Shown: in pieces, positions 53,331-64,000 of the stretch
How the letters are laid out: every line of letters starts with the position of its first letter
Numbering within the stretch: position 1 is the first letter of the stretch
DNA from: Macrostomum hystrix
Taxonomy: Eukaryota > Animalia > Platyhelminthes
Direction: 5' to 3'
Assembly (NCBI GenBank): GCA_950097015.1
Contig: CATNEN010000008.1
Span: 3,286,001 to 3,350,000 of the forward strand
DNA length: 64,000 nt
Notes under the pieces: model-generated
Databases searched by the model: none
Told to the model about the DNA's origin: nothing
Seen by the model: the letters and a program-made list of their open reading frames with translations, nothing else
Position numbers and translations under genes: made by a program

Positions 53331-54529
53331 CTGCTATATCTGTGTCCTCCCATAATATGAATTTCCGCGCAAAAATCGTACTGAGCACCCTATTCCTGCT
53401 CTAAATTTTTGGACTCGATTTGAGTTATGCAATACCTTTTCTAAATTAACTATTTTTCAATTGTTGCCGATTTTTATTACAAAGGAAAATTGCATTTTCA
53501 AATTCAAAAACTTTACCATACTATTTTTACTCCCCCACATTTTGCATCTCATCCCTTCTCTCTACTGTTTGTAGCGTGGCGCTAATAATGGAATTAAATT
53601 TTGCGCTAGCTCTTACCCTAGCATTTGCTAATGTATTTGATGATTTGGTGCAATCTGGTTCATCTGGTCTTTTATAAGAACATTTCTGACTGTGTTCTAT
53701 TATTTTGGACAAAACAATTTCTATTTAATGTTCCTAAATTTTTATACAAATATTCAAAATGATTTCACAGCATCGAGTCAAATTTTTGTTTAATATAAGG
53801 CACGAATGGAGGTTGTCGGGAAGGCATGTCGTCCGGCAAATTTGCGAATAAACTCAATCTTCAATCATTTTTAAGTCAATTTCCTGGCAGGAGCTGGCTG
53901 GGAATCGAGCACGGGACCTTCGCTGACAAAGTCGACAAAAAAGACTAACAAAAATGTTTGTTTTTTTGCATTGCGTTGCTTAGCAACCAGGTGAAACGAG
54001 CCCTGGCTGGCGGGTGAGAAGGTTTCGTCACCCAGAGGTATGTTATGTAATATAACAAAAGTACATTTCATAGTATGTGTTATAAATAATGTACTACTTA
54101 AACATGGGACACGTGGTTTGAATACATGAGTTATATATTTCCACTACGGTTACATTGTAACGAAAGCCAAAACAGCAGGCAGAGAATGAAAGAAAATCTT
54201 CGAATAGCTTGTCTGTGCGCGCCGGTTTAAAAATGCAAATGTCAAAGATAGTAAGAGCTAACTGAGACAAAGGTGCGGGGCAGATTAAGTGCGCGGGTAG
54301 ACGATACTTTCAACCGGTTTGCGAGTTTTAAATATATTCTCTTATTAAAATAGAACTCGTACGTACTACTGATCCCTCATTTCAAATTAGTATAAGCAGC
54401 GCATTTGAAGCCAAAATTGTTTACAGCTTTGATGTGTTACAAAAAATAGGAAATGCAGAAAAAAACTAATACAGAGCCAGCTGGAGTTTCACTGCCATGC
54501 ATCCATCAAACAATTCCATTGCAAGGGAA

Positions 54530-54930
54530 TTCCCAGTAACATTATCCAAAGGAAATCCTATTTATAGTATTCAACAAGGCAAAGTGGGATTTCATAGGGA
54601 TATCCCAGTTTTACGACAATACTCTGGAAACTAATTACGAATTTTCTAAATGGAATTCATGGCATATTCACACAGAACAGCTTTCTCATAGTATCCAAGG
54701 GAAATCCTATTTATAATATTAAACAAGGTAAGTCCCAATAAAATTATCTAAAGAAAATCCCAGTTTTTATCGAAGGAAAATCCCAGTGTTAGTATCCAAT
54801 GGATATCCCATTTTTGGTATCCAAGGGGAATCCCTTTTTGTATCCAATGGATATCCCATTTTTGGTATCCAAGGGGAATCCTATTTTTGGTATCCAAGGG
54901 AAATCCCATTTTTGGTATCCAAGGGATGTC
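54530..54930. repeat. Degenerate ATCCAAGGGGAATCCCATTTTTGGT-type repeats just 3' of the Patched stop
   Basis: Tandem ~23-25-bp units at 54790-54926 plus a duplicated ~140-bp block upstream. Confidence 0.75.
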
Positions 54931-54971
54931 GTTATTCAGCTCCTTTGTCACAGCTCACAGGGGGTGCCAAA

Positions 54972-55863
54972 TCACACGTGGCTGATCGGGGCGCCAAAAA
55001 ATCTACCGCTCGAGGAACCGCGCACGAACGGCGGAGGCGGGGGAGGTGGCGGCTGCGGCTGCCCAGGTGGCAGGTAGAGCCGCAAAGTAGCCGTCACCAC
55101 CTGCTGCTGCTGCCGATGTGGAAAGTGCGGGAACTGGTGAAACTGCGACAGGCGATGATGCTGAAAGGCTGCGGCGCTGCCCAGAATCGGCGGAGTTGCC
55201 GCCGGCGATGGCTCGCCGCCGCTCTCCTCTGGGATGGTGTCCAGCGATCGCTGGCTGGCCGTGTACGCGGCGGTGGCGGCAGCGGTGGCAACTGCCGCAC
55301 TCACAGCCGCTGATGCGGCCGCCTCCTGGTAGCTGGGTGGCGAGGCGCGCCTCCGGGTTGGCGATTCGTCCGACGATGACGAGGAGGACGAAGAAGATGA
55401 AGAATTTCGTCGGCGTTGCCGATGCCTTCGGCGTCGTCCGCGCTCGGGCGTCGGCTCATCATTTTCATATTCGTCGTCGTCGTCGTCGTTGTCATCATCG
55501 GCGAGTTCCTCCACGCTTGGCGACGCCCGCTGGCTTGACTGCGGCAGCTGACGTGGCGGCTTCGGCGACGGCGGCGGACGGAGCGGATGCGGCGGCAGGA
55601 GCGAGCGGCACGGCGCTAGCAGGCTGGCCAGCGACACTAGGGCTGCATTGGCCACTGAGGCGAGGAGGCCGGCCAGAAGGGGGCCGGCCAGGCAGGCGGA
55701 GAGCAGCGGACAGCCGGGGAAGGAGGGGGCGGCGAAGGCGGCCAGAGCCGGGGCGGCAGCCTGGCCGGCGGACCACAGGAAAGCCGCGAACGGCCAGTTG
55801 GGCTTGACCAGCTGCTGTCGAGTCCGGCTTCTCGCAATGTCGCCATCGTCTTCAGCGTCTGCT

Positions 55864-55896
<33 letters not shown>

Positions 55897-58800
55897 TGTG
55901 TCTGCTGACTGCGAGACCGGCAAGCCATGGGCAGGCGGGCAGCGGATGAGGCGGAGCTGGGCTGAGCAGTTGCGGACAGGCTCGAGTGCTGCGCGGGGTC
56001 AGGCGGGAGGGAGGCGTGCGTCTGAGCTCTGTTCTCAAAATATGCCGTGAGATTTTGAATTTTGAATGATTTTTAATACCATGAGAAATGTGGATCATGA
56101 GAAATAGGTGAGAGGATCATGAGATACAATTGAGAGGATCATGAGAAATATGAGAGGATCATGAGAAATATGAGAGGATCATGAGATACAATTGAGATGA
56201 TCATGAGAAATATGAGAGGATCATGAGATACAGTTGAGAGGATCATGAGAATGAGGTGAGAGGATCATGAGAATGATGTGAGAGGATCATGAGAATGATG
56301 TGAGAGGATCATGAGAATGATGTGAGAGGATCATGAGAGTGATGTGAGAGGATCATGAGAATGAGGTGAGAGGATCATGAGAATGAGGTGAGAGGATCAT
56401 GAGAATGAGGTGAGAGGATCATGAGAATGAGGTGAGAGGATCATGAGAATGAGGTGAGAGGATCATGAGAATGAGGTGAGAGGATTATCAGAGTCCTTGA
56501 GACTGATGACATTCCCAGTGGAGAACTCACAAAGACTAGCAGAAGGTTGACCAGGAACATGACAGGGAAGGTCAAGGCCACGCCGGTGCAGGTGAATAGG
56601 TTCAGCGACACCCCAGCAGCCCAGAGGACCACAGCCAGCTGCAGCAGGTTGATGAGGCACAGCGCGCTCTGGAAAAGATGAAAGAAATATCAATGAAATA
56701 GGTTCACTTTAATGCATGCTTGTCCCAATCAGCTGAATCAAAAAAGGCACAAAAACGCACACAAGCTACTGCGGGCAGTAGTTTCCAGAACACTGTCAGG
56801 GCAGCCAGGCAGGCCAAGGCCAGCAGCAGGGCAAGCAGGCCGGCCATCCTGCCAGGATCGATCCAGTCAGCGGAGTGGAAGTCAAACACTGGCCCGGACA
56901 CGCTGTGGATCAGGCCGTGCTGCAGGAACCGCCGGCTGATGTCCAAGATCCTGCCGCCAGCATCCAGGTAGGCCCTGGTGCTGTTCAAGCCTCTCAGCAG
57001 GATGACAGATTGCGCCAGCTCGATGTCTTTGGAGGCTGGTATGTACTGCAGTTCCGGCTGCCTGAGCTGCACCGTGTACTGCTCAGGCCTGGGCAGCAGC
57101 AGCCCGTTGGCCATCTCGAAGGACAGGCCGGACTGCGAGTACCAGCTGGTCAGGTAGGTGTAGAACATGCCCGGGTTGATGATTCCACGGCTGTCCACCA
57201 GCCTGCCACGGTCCAGCTGCAGTTCCGGGGTGTGGGAGCGGAGCTCAGTTTCTGATTAGCTATTCTATTTCCGATCCAAAACCTGCGAATCGCAATCTAT
57301 TTGCTTAAAATGTTTAAATCGCATATTCCTTTCGCGAATCCCAAATCTCCCATTCACCAATCTCCCATTGCCGTCCCGATCCCCAATCTCCCATTGCCGT
57401 CCCGATCCCCAATCTCCCATTCCCATCCCGATCCCCAATCTCCCATTGCCGTCCCGATCCCCAATCTCCCATTGCCGTCCCGATCTACAATCTCCCATTG
57501 CCGTCCCGATCCCCAATCTCCCATTGCCGGCCCGATCCCCATTCTCCCATTGCCGTCCCGATCTCCAATCTCCCATTGCCGTCCCGATCCCCAATCTCCC
57601 ATTGCCGGCCCGATCCCCAATCTCCCATTGCCGTCCCGATCCCCAATCTCCCATTACCGTCCCGATTCCCAATCTCCCATTGCCGGCCCGATCCCCAATC
57701 TCCCATTCCCATCCCGATCCCCAGCCTCCGATTCCCGATCAGAAATCCCGTCGCTCACCCCAGCCAGGTCAAACTCAGCGAACCGGCCAGTCTGGACAAG
57801 CAGCTGGGCAGCCAGAAGACCCTTCTCGGAGGCGGCCTCCGTAAAGTTCAGGCCGAACTCGCGCGAGCTGAGCCGCGGGCTGATGGCGCCGCTCCTGACG
57901 TCGGCGTCGAAACGCGCCTGCAGGCCGGACAGCCACAGGCGGAATTCGTTCAACCAGAAGGGGCTCCTCCAGCCGCTGCTGTTGCTGACGAAAGGCAGAT
58001 CGGAGAGCGCGTTGAACAGGCGGCGGCTGAGCAGCTGCTGTCTAGGATAGTCAATCTTCTGTAATTTTAGAGCCATGGGGCGATGCTAATCTGCCAGGAA
58101 CCTCACCATCTGAGTCTGAACCTCCCCATCTGAGTCTGAACCTCCCCATCTGAGTCTGAACCTCACCATCTGAGTCTGAACCTCCCCATCTGAGTCTGAA
58201 CCTCCCCATCTGAGTCTGAACCTCACCATCTGAGTCTGAACCTCACCATCTGAGTCTGAACCTCACCATCTGAGTCTGAACCTCACCATCTGAGTCTGAA
58301 CCTCACCATCTGAGTCTGAACCTCACCATCTGAGTCTGAACCTCACCATCTGAGTCTGAACCTCACCATCTGAGTCTGAACCTCACCCCTAATATAAAAA
58401 ATCTCACCCCATCTTTTCCGAGATCTCACCTACTATCTCAGCAATCTCACCCTTTCCTCAGCAATCTCACCCCTAAATCTCAGCAATCTCACCCCTATCT
58501 CTCAGCAATCTCACCCCTATCTCTCAGCAATCTCACCCCTATCTCTCAGCAATCTCACCCCTATCTCTCAGCAATCTCACCCCTATTCCTCAGCAATCTC
58601 ACCCCTATTCCTCAGCAATCTCACCCTCTATTCCTCAGCAATCTCACCCCTATTCCTCAGCAATCTCACCCCTAAATCTCAGCAATCTCACCCCTAAATC
58701 TCAGCAATCTCACCCCTATTCCTCAGCAATCTCACCCCTATCTCTCAGCAATCTAACCCCTAAATCTCAGCAATCTCACCCCTATCTCTCAGCAATCTCA

Positions 58801-61800
58801 CCCCTATCTCTCAGCAATCTCACCCCTTTTTTCTCCCTACAGTCCCCAGCCGCCTGACCTGGATCCGCAGCTGCAAGGCGGAGTCGCCGTACAGGTGCTT
58901 CCTGCTGGTGAGGAATCGGTACTCCTCGCTGCCAGCGGGCAGGAGTGCCACCGGATTGTAGTCGGCGGAGGCCGCCAATCGCCAGTAGCCGACAGCCCCG
59001 AGCAGGCAGGCCGATATGACGGCGACGCCGGCTGAAACGGCGGCCACTCGGCGAAGCCAGCGTCCTGTAACCGAGGACTGCAGGCAACAGCGAAGCAGCC
59101 GACGGTAGAATCGGCTGCCCAGGCTGTGGCCCAGAGACACCCGGGTGGAGGCCGACTCCCTGGCCAGCCGGCAGCAGACGAGATCGGCGCCGAGGCGACG
59201 CCGACGAGCCGAGTCAGCGGCGAAGACTGCGGGCAGGGCGGCCAGGCTGAACAGCAGCAGCTGCAGCGAGTTGGCGGCCCAGTGCCGGCAGAGGAGGCGC
59301 ACGGCGGACAGCGGGGTGAGTAGGGCGCCAACAGGGGCCGCCAGACACACCAGCAGGAAGGCCACGGTCTGGGGAGCCGTGCGCTGCATCAGGATGGGGA
59401 TGACGGCCTGCCCAGGTGGGGAGTGTGGGATTTTCTGAGTAAAATTCATATCCTTATTTTATATTGGGGCTATTTAATTGATCTTTCTCGTCTGAGGGGA
59501 CCTTTAATTGCCTGAGGGGATTTTTAACTTTCTGGGGGATTTTAGGTGACGGAGGGTGACTGAGGGGATTTTTAAGTGATTGAGAGGATTTTAAAGTGAC
59601 TGAGGGGATCATTCGTGTCTGAGGGGATAATTCGTGTCTGAGTGGATCATTCGTGTCTGAGGGGATCATTCGTGTCTGAGGGGATCATCGCGTCTGAGGG
59701 GATCATTCGTGTCTGAGGGGATTTTTAAGTGTCTGAGGGGATATTTAGTGTGAGTGAAGATACTAGACTTTACTGAGCTAGATCAGTTTAATATGATATA
59801 TAGTGTCAATTAGTTTTGTAAGTGCCTAAGAGATTCTCAATGTTCTAAATTGAGTTTTTACTCCTTGATAAAAGAGCTCGCTCACCCGATGCGCGCCCGG
59901 CTCGCTGGTCTGGTACAGGTGGTTGTAGCAGCTGGCCATGATTAGGCAATAGAATGCCCCAATTCCCAGGTGGACAAACGGTAGTACCTGCGGGATTGAT
60001 TTGTTAATTATTACTATTTCCTTTATTAATAAACTTAAAAGAAGATATACTATTCATCCCAGATTCTTACTAGGATTTTAGATCTTTAAATCCCAGGCAA
60101 TTAGTATCATATTTTGAATCTCAGATTTTATATACCTAAACTAAGTCCCAGATTCCGAATCCCAAATTCCAAATCCCAGATTCCAAATCCCAGATCCCAG
60201 AATCCTAAATTCTAAATCCCAGATTCAATACCCCATATAAAAAAATCAAAAATTGTATATCACCTATACTTATTATACGATTTTAAATCCCAGATTCAAA
60301 ATCCCAGATTCCAAATCCCAGATTCCAAATCCCAGATTCAAAATCCCAGATCCCAGAATCCTAAATTCTAAATCTGATATATATCGAATCCTAGATTTCA
60401 AAATCCCAGATTTTATTATTATTTTTTATTAATCCAAATCCCCGATGCTAAGCCCGCACACTCAGAATGCAGAATCCCCAGTTGCACCCACCTGCACGGA
60501 GAGCAGATCTAGCGGCACGCGGCACCAGCAGGCGAGCCCCAGGCCGCCAGTGACTGACAGCAGCAGCAGCGGCAGCGCCAGTACGGCCACAGTCAGGTGG
60601 CTGTGCAGCAGCGAGTGCGAGTCGAACAGGACAGCCATGACGTAGGCGCAGCAGCCCACAATCAGGAGGCTCCACTTGGTCCAGTGCACCGTTCGGGTGG
60701 CCCGCCCGAGGGCTGCGTTAACCGACTGCTGATCGTTGAAGGCGAAGAAGATCGGCTCCGGATGGCGGCTGTTCTCCTCGGCGACCACCTGCGGCGGCGA
60801 CAGCGACAATGGGGTTAATTCCAGCTGATAATGCAAATATTCCTAGAATTCCTGGAATCTACAAGTACATGAGCCTCAGTAACTGTGCACTGTGACTCCA
60901 GTACTCAGTTCGAAGTCAGATAATTCTAGTCTTGTTCGAATCCTAAGAATTGTAGTCCTAAGTTCGATTCCTTAGATTGTAGTGCAAAGTTCGAATCCTA
61001 AGATTGTAATCAAAATTTCGAATCCCAAGAATTGTAGTCCCAAGTTCGAATCCTGAGATTGTAGACAAAATTTCGGATCCCAAGAATTGTAGTCCCAAGT
61101 TCGAATCCTGAGTTTGTAGTCAAAAGTTCGAATCCTAATGCTGTAGTCCCAAGCTCGAATCCTAAGATTTTAGTCCCAATCTTAGTTCAGATCCTAAGAT
61201 TGTAGTGCAAAGTTCGAATCCCGAAAATGTAGTCAGAAGTTCGAGTTCCAATATTTAGTCGATGTGATTTTAAATCCCTAATTGTAGTCCAAAGTAGAAG
61301 CCCGAAATTTTAGTGTGAAGTTCGAATCCTCAAATTATGATCCCAAGCTCGAATCCTTGAGAGAAAAACTGTCTCAGTTTGCATCCAAAACAGAAATGCC
61401 ACACACACCTTGTGAAACTGCTCCCACCAGGCGTTCAGCAGTCGCTTAGTCTTATCCAGCGACCACTCATTCAGCGGCTGATTTGTTCTGTAGTCCTCAA
61501 ACAGATGCTGCGGACTCTTGAGTACCAGGGCGCTGAGCAGGGCCCCGCCGCTGAGCAGGCGTCCGCTGTCCGGGTCGCGGCTGACCCCGCCGATGAGCTT
61601 CTCGGCCGGCCAGCGAATCAGGCGCTCGGCGAAGCCCGAGCAGCCGTCAGTCAGGAACTGCAGGAGCCGGGCCGGGTCCGACCTGTTCCTGGCCGCTGGC
61701 GGGCACTGAGCGTCGCTGGGATCCAGGCAGGGCCGGCGAGTGTAGCCGTGATTCAGGCCGACGCTGCCGAGATCCCGGACTAGCTGCTGCAGGCGGGCAT

Positions 61801-63228
61801 GGCCACGCTGTGGCAGCTGGGAGCTCAAGGCATCTGTGTAGGCCTGCAGCATCGCCTGCGGATCCAGATTTGTCCACGAGTACGCCCTGTCCAGCTCTTT
61901 CATCTCGGCCGACTTGGGCAGACTGCTGGATGGCGGGACAGTGAGCGATTCGTTGGTGGGCGGGGTAGACAGAAAAGTAGGTAGGACGGTAGATAGGTAG
62001 GCAAGTAAAAAAGTTAAGTAAGTAGACAGGTAGATAGACGGTTGTGGGGTAGACAAGTAGGTAGGTAGACAGGTAGGTAGGTAGGTAGGTACGTACGGTA
62101 GGTAGGTAGGTAGATAGACGGTTTTTGGGTAGACATGCAGGTAGGTAGACAGGTAGACAGGAAGACAGGTAGGTAGGTAGGAAGACAGGTAGGTAGGTAG
62201 ACAGGTAGGTAGGAAGACAGGTAGGTAGGTAGACAGGTAGGTAGGTAGGTAGGTAGACAGGTAGACAGGAAGACAGGTAGGTAGGAAGACAGGTAGGTAG
62301 GTAGGAAGACAGGTAGGTAGGTAGACAGGTAGACAGGAAGACAGGTAGGTAGGAAGACAGGTAGGTAGGTAGGAAGACAGGTAGGTAGGTAGACAGGTAG
62401 ACAAGAAGACAGGTAGGTAAGTAGACAGGTAGACAGGTAGACAGATAGGTAGGTAGGTAGGTAGGTAGATAGACGGTTTTGGGGTAGACAGGCAGCTAGG
62501 TAGACAGGAAGACAGGTAGGTAGGTAGGAAGACAGGTAGGTAGGTAGATAGGAAGACAGGTAGGTAGGTAGAGGGTTGTGGGGTAGACAGGTTGGTATGT
62601 AGACAGGTAGGTAGGTAGGTTGACAGGTAGGTAGGTAGAGGGTTGTGGGGTAGACAGGTTGGTAGGTAGGTAGGTAGACAGGTAGGTAGGTAGGTAGACA
62701 GGTAGGTAGGTAGGTAGACAGGTAGGTAGACAGGTAGGTAGACAGGTAGGTAGGTAGGTAGACAGGTAGGTAGACAGGTAGGTAGACAGGTAGGTAGGTA
62801 GGTAGGTAGACAGGTAGGTAGGTAGACAGGTAGGCAGGTAGGTAGACAGGTAGATAAACAATTAGACAGGTAGGTCGGTAGAAGAATTAAGTTAAGCTTT
62901 TGTTTCAAATTTCAAAAGGTGATTTGTTGCACGGGCATTGGGCACTGTGTGGTATGTCAGCAGCAGAGCGGCAAAGCTGAGAATGGCCCTAAGCAACACT
63001 AGCTCAATAACTTCAGTTCGCTAATTGAATAGGCACTTTCTCTATATAACTGAAAGCTAAGCAGAGACTGAGAGAGCTATAGAAGAGCAACTAAGGCCAG
63101 ACACTAACTAACAATATACTGCCTACAATTAAGGGGAGAAGATACTTAACCAGCCAGCGCTCAAGTCCCGAATCGTGAGTCAGCCCAGTCCACCGAGCGA
63201 ACCCTCCAACCGAACTCAAAAATTTCAT
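54972..63228 (-). CDS. ptc: Patched (Hedgehog receptor) homolog, divergent; 5' end uncertain
   Basis: Exons 61925-61409, 60788-60492, 59987-59886, 59407-58859, 58058-57759, 57216-56761, 56668-56531, 56021-54972; tentative upstream exon 63228-63146. Patched-specific motifs [90 protein letters not shown], and PPSY in the tail. Confidence 0.88.
56092..56482. repeat. 22-bp minisatellite in a Patched intron
   Basis: GAGGATCATGAGAATGAGGTGA. Confidence 0.93.
57340..57722. repeat. 26-bp minisatellite in a Patched intron
   Basis: CTCCCATTGCCGTCCCGATCCCCAAT. Confidence 0.94.
58100..58825. repeat. Two adjacent minisatellites (20-bp CCTCACCATCTGAGTCTGAA; 22-bp CTCAGCAATCTCACCCCTATCT) in a Patched intron
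   Basis: Direct inspection, 58100-58385 and 58420-58825. Confidence 0.93.
59560..59745. repeat. 20-bp repeat TCATTCGTGTCTGAGGGGA in a Patched intron
   Basis: Tandem copies visible. Confidence 0.8.
60150..60412. repeat. AATCCCAGATTCCA-type short tandem repeat in a Patched intron
   Basis: Tandem ~14-bp units. Confidence 0.8.
60930..61358. repeat. ~27-bp degenerate repeat GTTCGAATCCTAAGATTGTAGTCCCAA in a Patched intron
   Basis: Tandem copies visible. Confidence 0.85.
61965..62880. repeat. (GGTA)n/(GACA)n compound microsatellite
   Basis: About 900 bp of mixed GGTA/AGAC/GGAA tetramers; creates the spurious N-terminus of ORF 61310..62908. Confidence 0.97.
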
Positions 63229-63744
63229 TCATATATTTTCTAGCTACGGCTTAAAAGGGCTTTATTTGATAGCCAGAGCAATAAAGGTTCAGTAAGTATA
63301 ATTGCAGACTACAGTACAGACCCACCACACCGCTAAATTTTATTTTTTCAATCTCTCTCAGATACCGAAAAGGCAATCCAACGCTGGAGCCAAGACCTCT
63401 GCCCCACGCCACACAGGGGGGGGTTAGCTAGCAATTCGGATGAATCATACAAAATGTTTGTGCCTCCTAGGAAATTTCGGGTGACTAAGTAAGACTAAGT
63501 CTGCCCTGCCCCTTGTGTTCATTCATTAGCCAGATACCTCACACACACACACCTGACAGACTGACCGGGAAGATTAATAATAAATGGTTCAGAGATTTAG
63601 GAATTAAAACGGGGATTTAAATTTGGGTCGAGTAATTACGATTTTGATCTACCTAAAATTGAGAGATTACAGATTACTGAGCATAGGATTAAAAATCTAT
63701 CAAACATCAGCATTTGGGATCTAGTGATTTATTATCTATGGATT

Positions 63745-64000
63745 CTGGATTGAGGATCAATGGATTGGGGATTAAGGGATTTGGGATCAAGAAGTTGGGG
63801 ATCAAGGGATTTGGGATCAAGCGGTTGGGGATCAAGGGATTTGGGATCAAGGAGTTGGGGATCAAGGGATTTGGGATCAAGGAGTTGGGGATCAAGGGGT
63901 TTGGGATCAAGGAGTTGGGGATCAAGGGATTTAGGATCAAGGGGTTCGGGATCAACGGATTGGAGATTAAGGGATTTGGGATCAAGGAATTGGGATCAAG
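63745..64000. repeat. 15-bp G-rich minisatellite (GGGATCAAGGGATTT / GGGATCAAGGAGTTG), runs off the window end
   Basis: Direct inspection; produces the LIPNP/LIPNS repeat ORF. Confidence 0.92.

Noticed and set aside
53527-54071. Short ORFs between MCM3 and Patched
   Set aside because: Under 70 aa, AT-rich, with no motif or splice support.
61926-62908. LPTY-repeat N-terminus fused to the Patched exon in ORF 61310..62908
   Set aside because: Tetranucleotide microsatellite read-through; a splice acceptor lies at 61926-61927.
62900-62985. Possible extra Patched exon ([20 protein letters not shown])
   Set aside because: No usable donor before an in-frame stop, and its phase does not fit the neighbouring exons.

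Overview
Eukaryotic (invertebrate animal) genomic DNA with GC-rich exons, AT-rich spacers and a different minisatellite in many introns. By inference this style fits a free-living flatworm such as Macrostomum; the species is not proven. Spliced genes reconstructed by hand with phase-consistent GT-AG junctions: GTF2H1/TFIIH p62 (-), PRORP/MRPP3 protein-only RNase P (-), an SNX5/6-like PX-BAR sorting nexin (+, no in-frame ATG), a secreted protein with two AbfB/CBM42-like beta-trefoil domains (+), MCM3 (+) and a divergent Patched (-). There is also an orphan DEG/ENaC terminal exon. Mobile DNA: a 5'-truncated Loa/R1-group non-LTR retrotransposon (RT + RNase H, 12-bp TSD) and an inverted, multiply deleted relative; an apparently intact Sola2-type transposon (TIRs, ATAA TSD, two-exon transposase ending in a PHD finger); a CMC/EnSpm-type non-autonomous element; three MITEs (MULE-, hAT- and GG-terminal types); and two tRNA-derived SINE families. 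Most notable: the Patched homolog has lost all three conserved acidic transmembrane residues (GxxxDD/E) and possibly part of ECD1; the tandem AbfB protein; the intact Sola2-PHD element; and the SNX gene, which may take its start codon from a spliced leader. Most long ORFs in the supplied track are repeat-derived artefacts.
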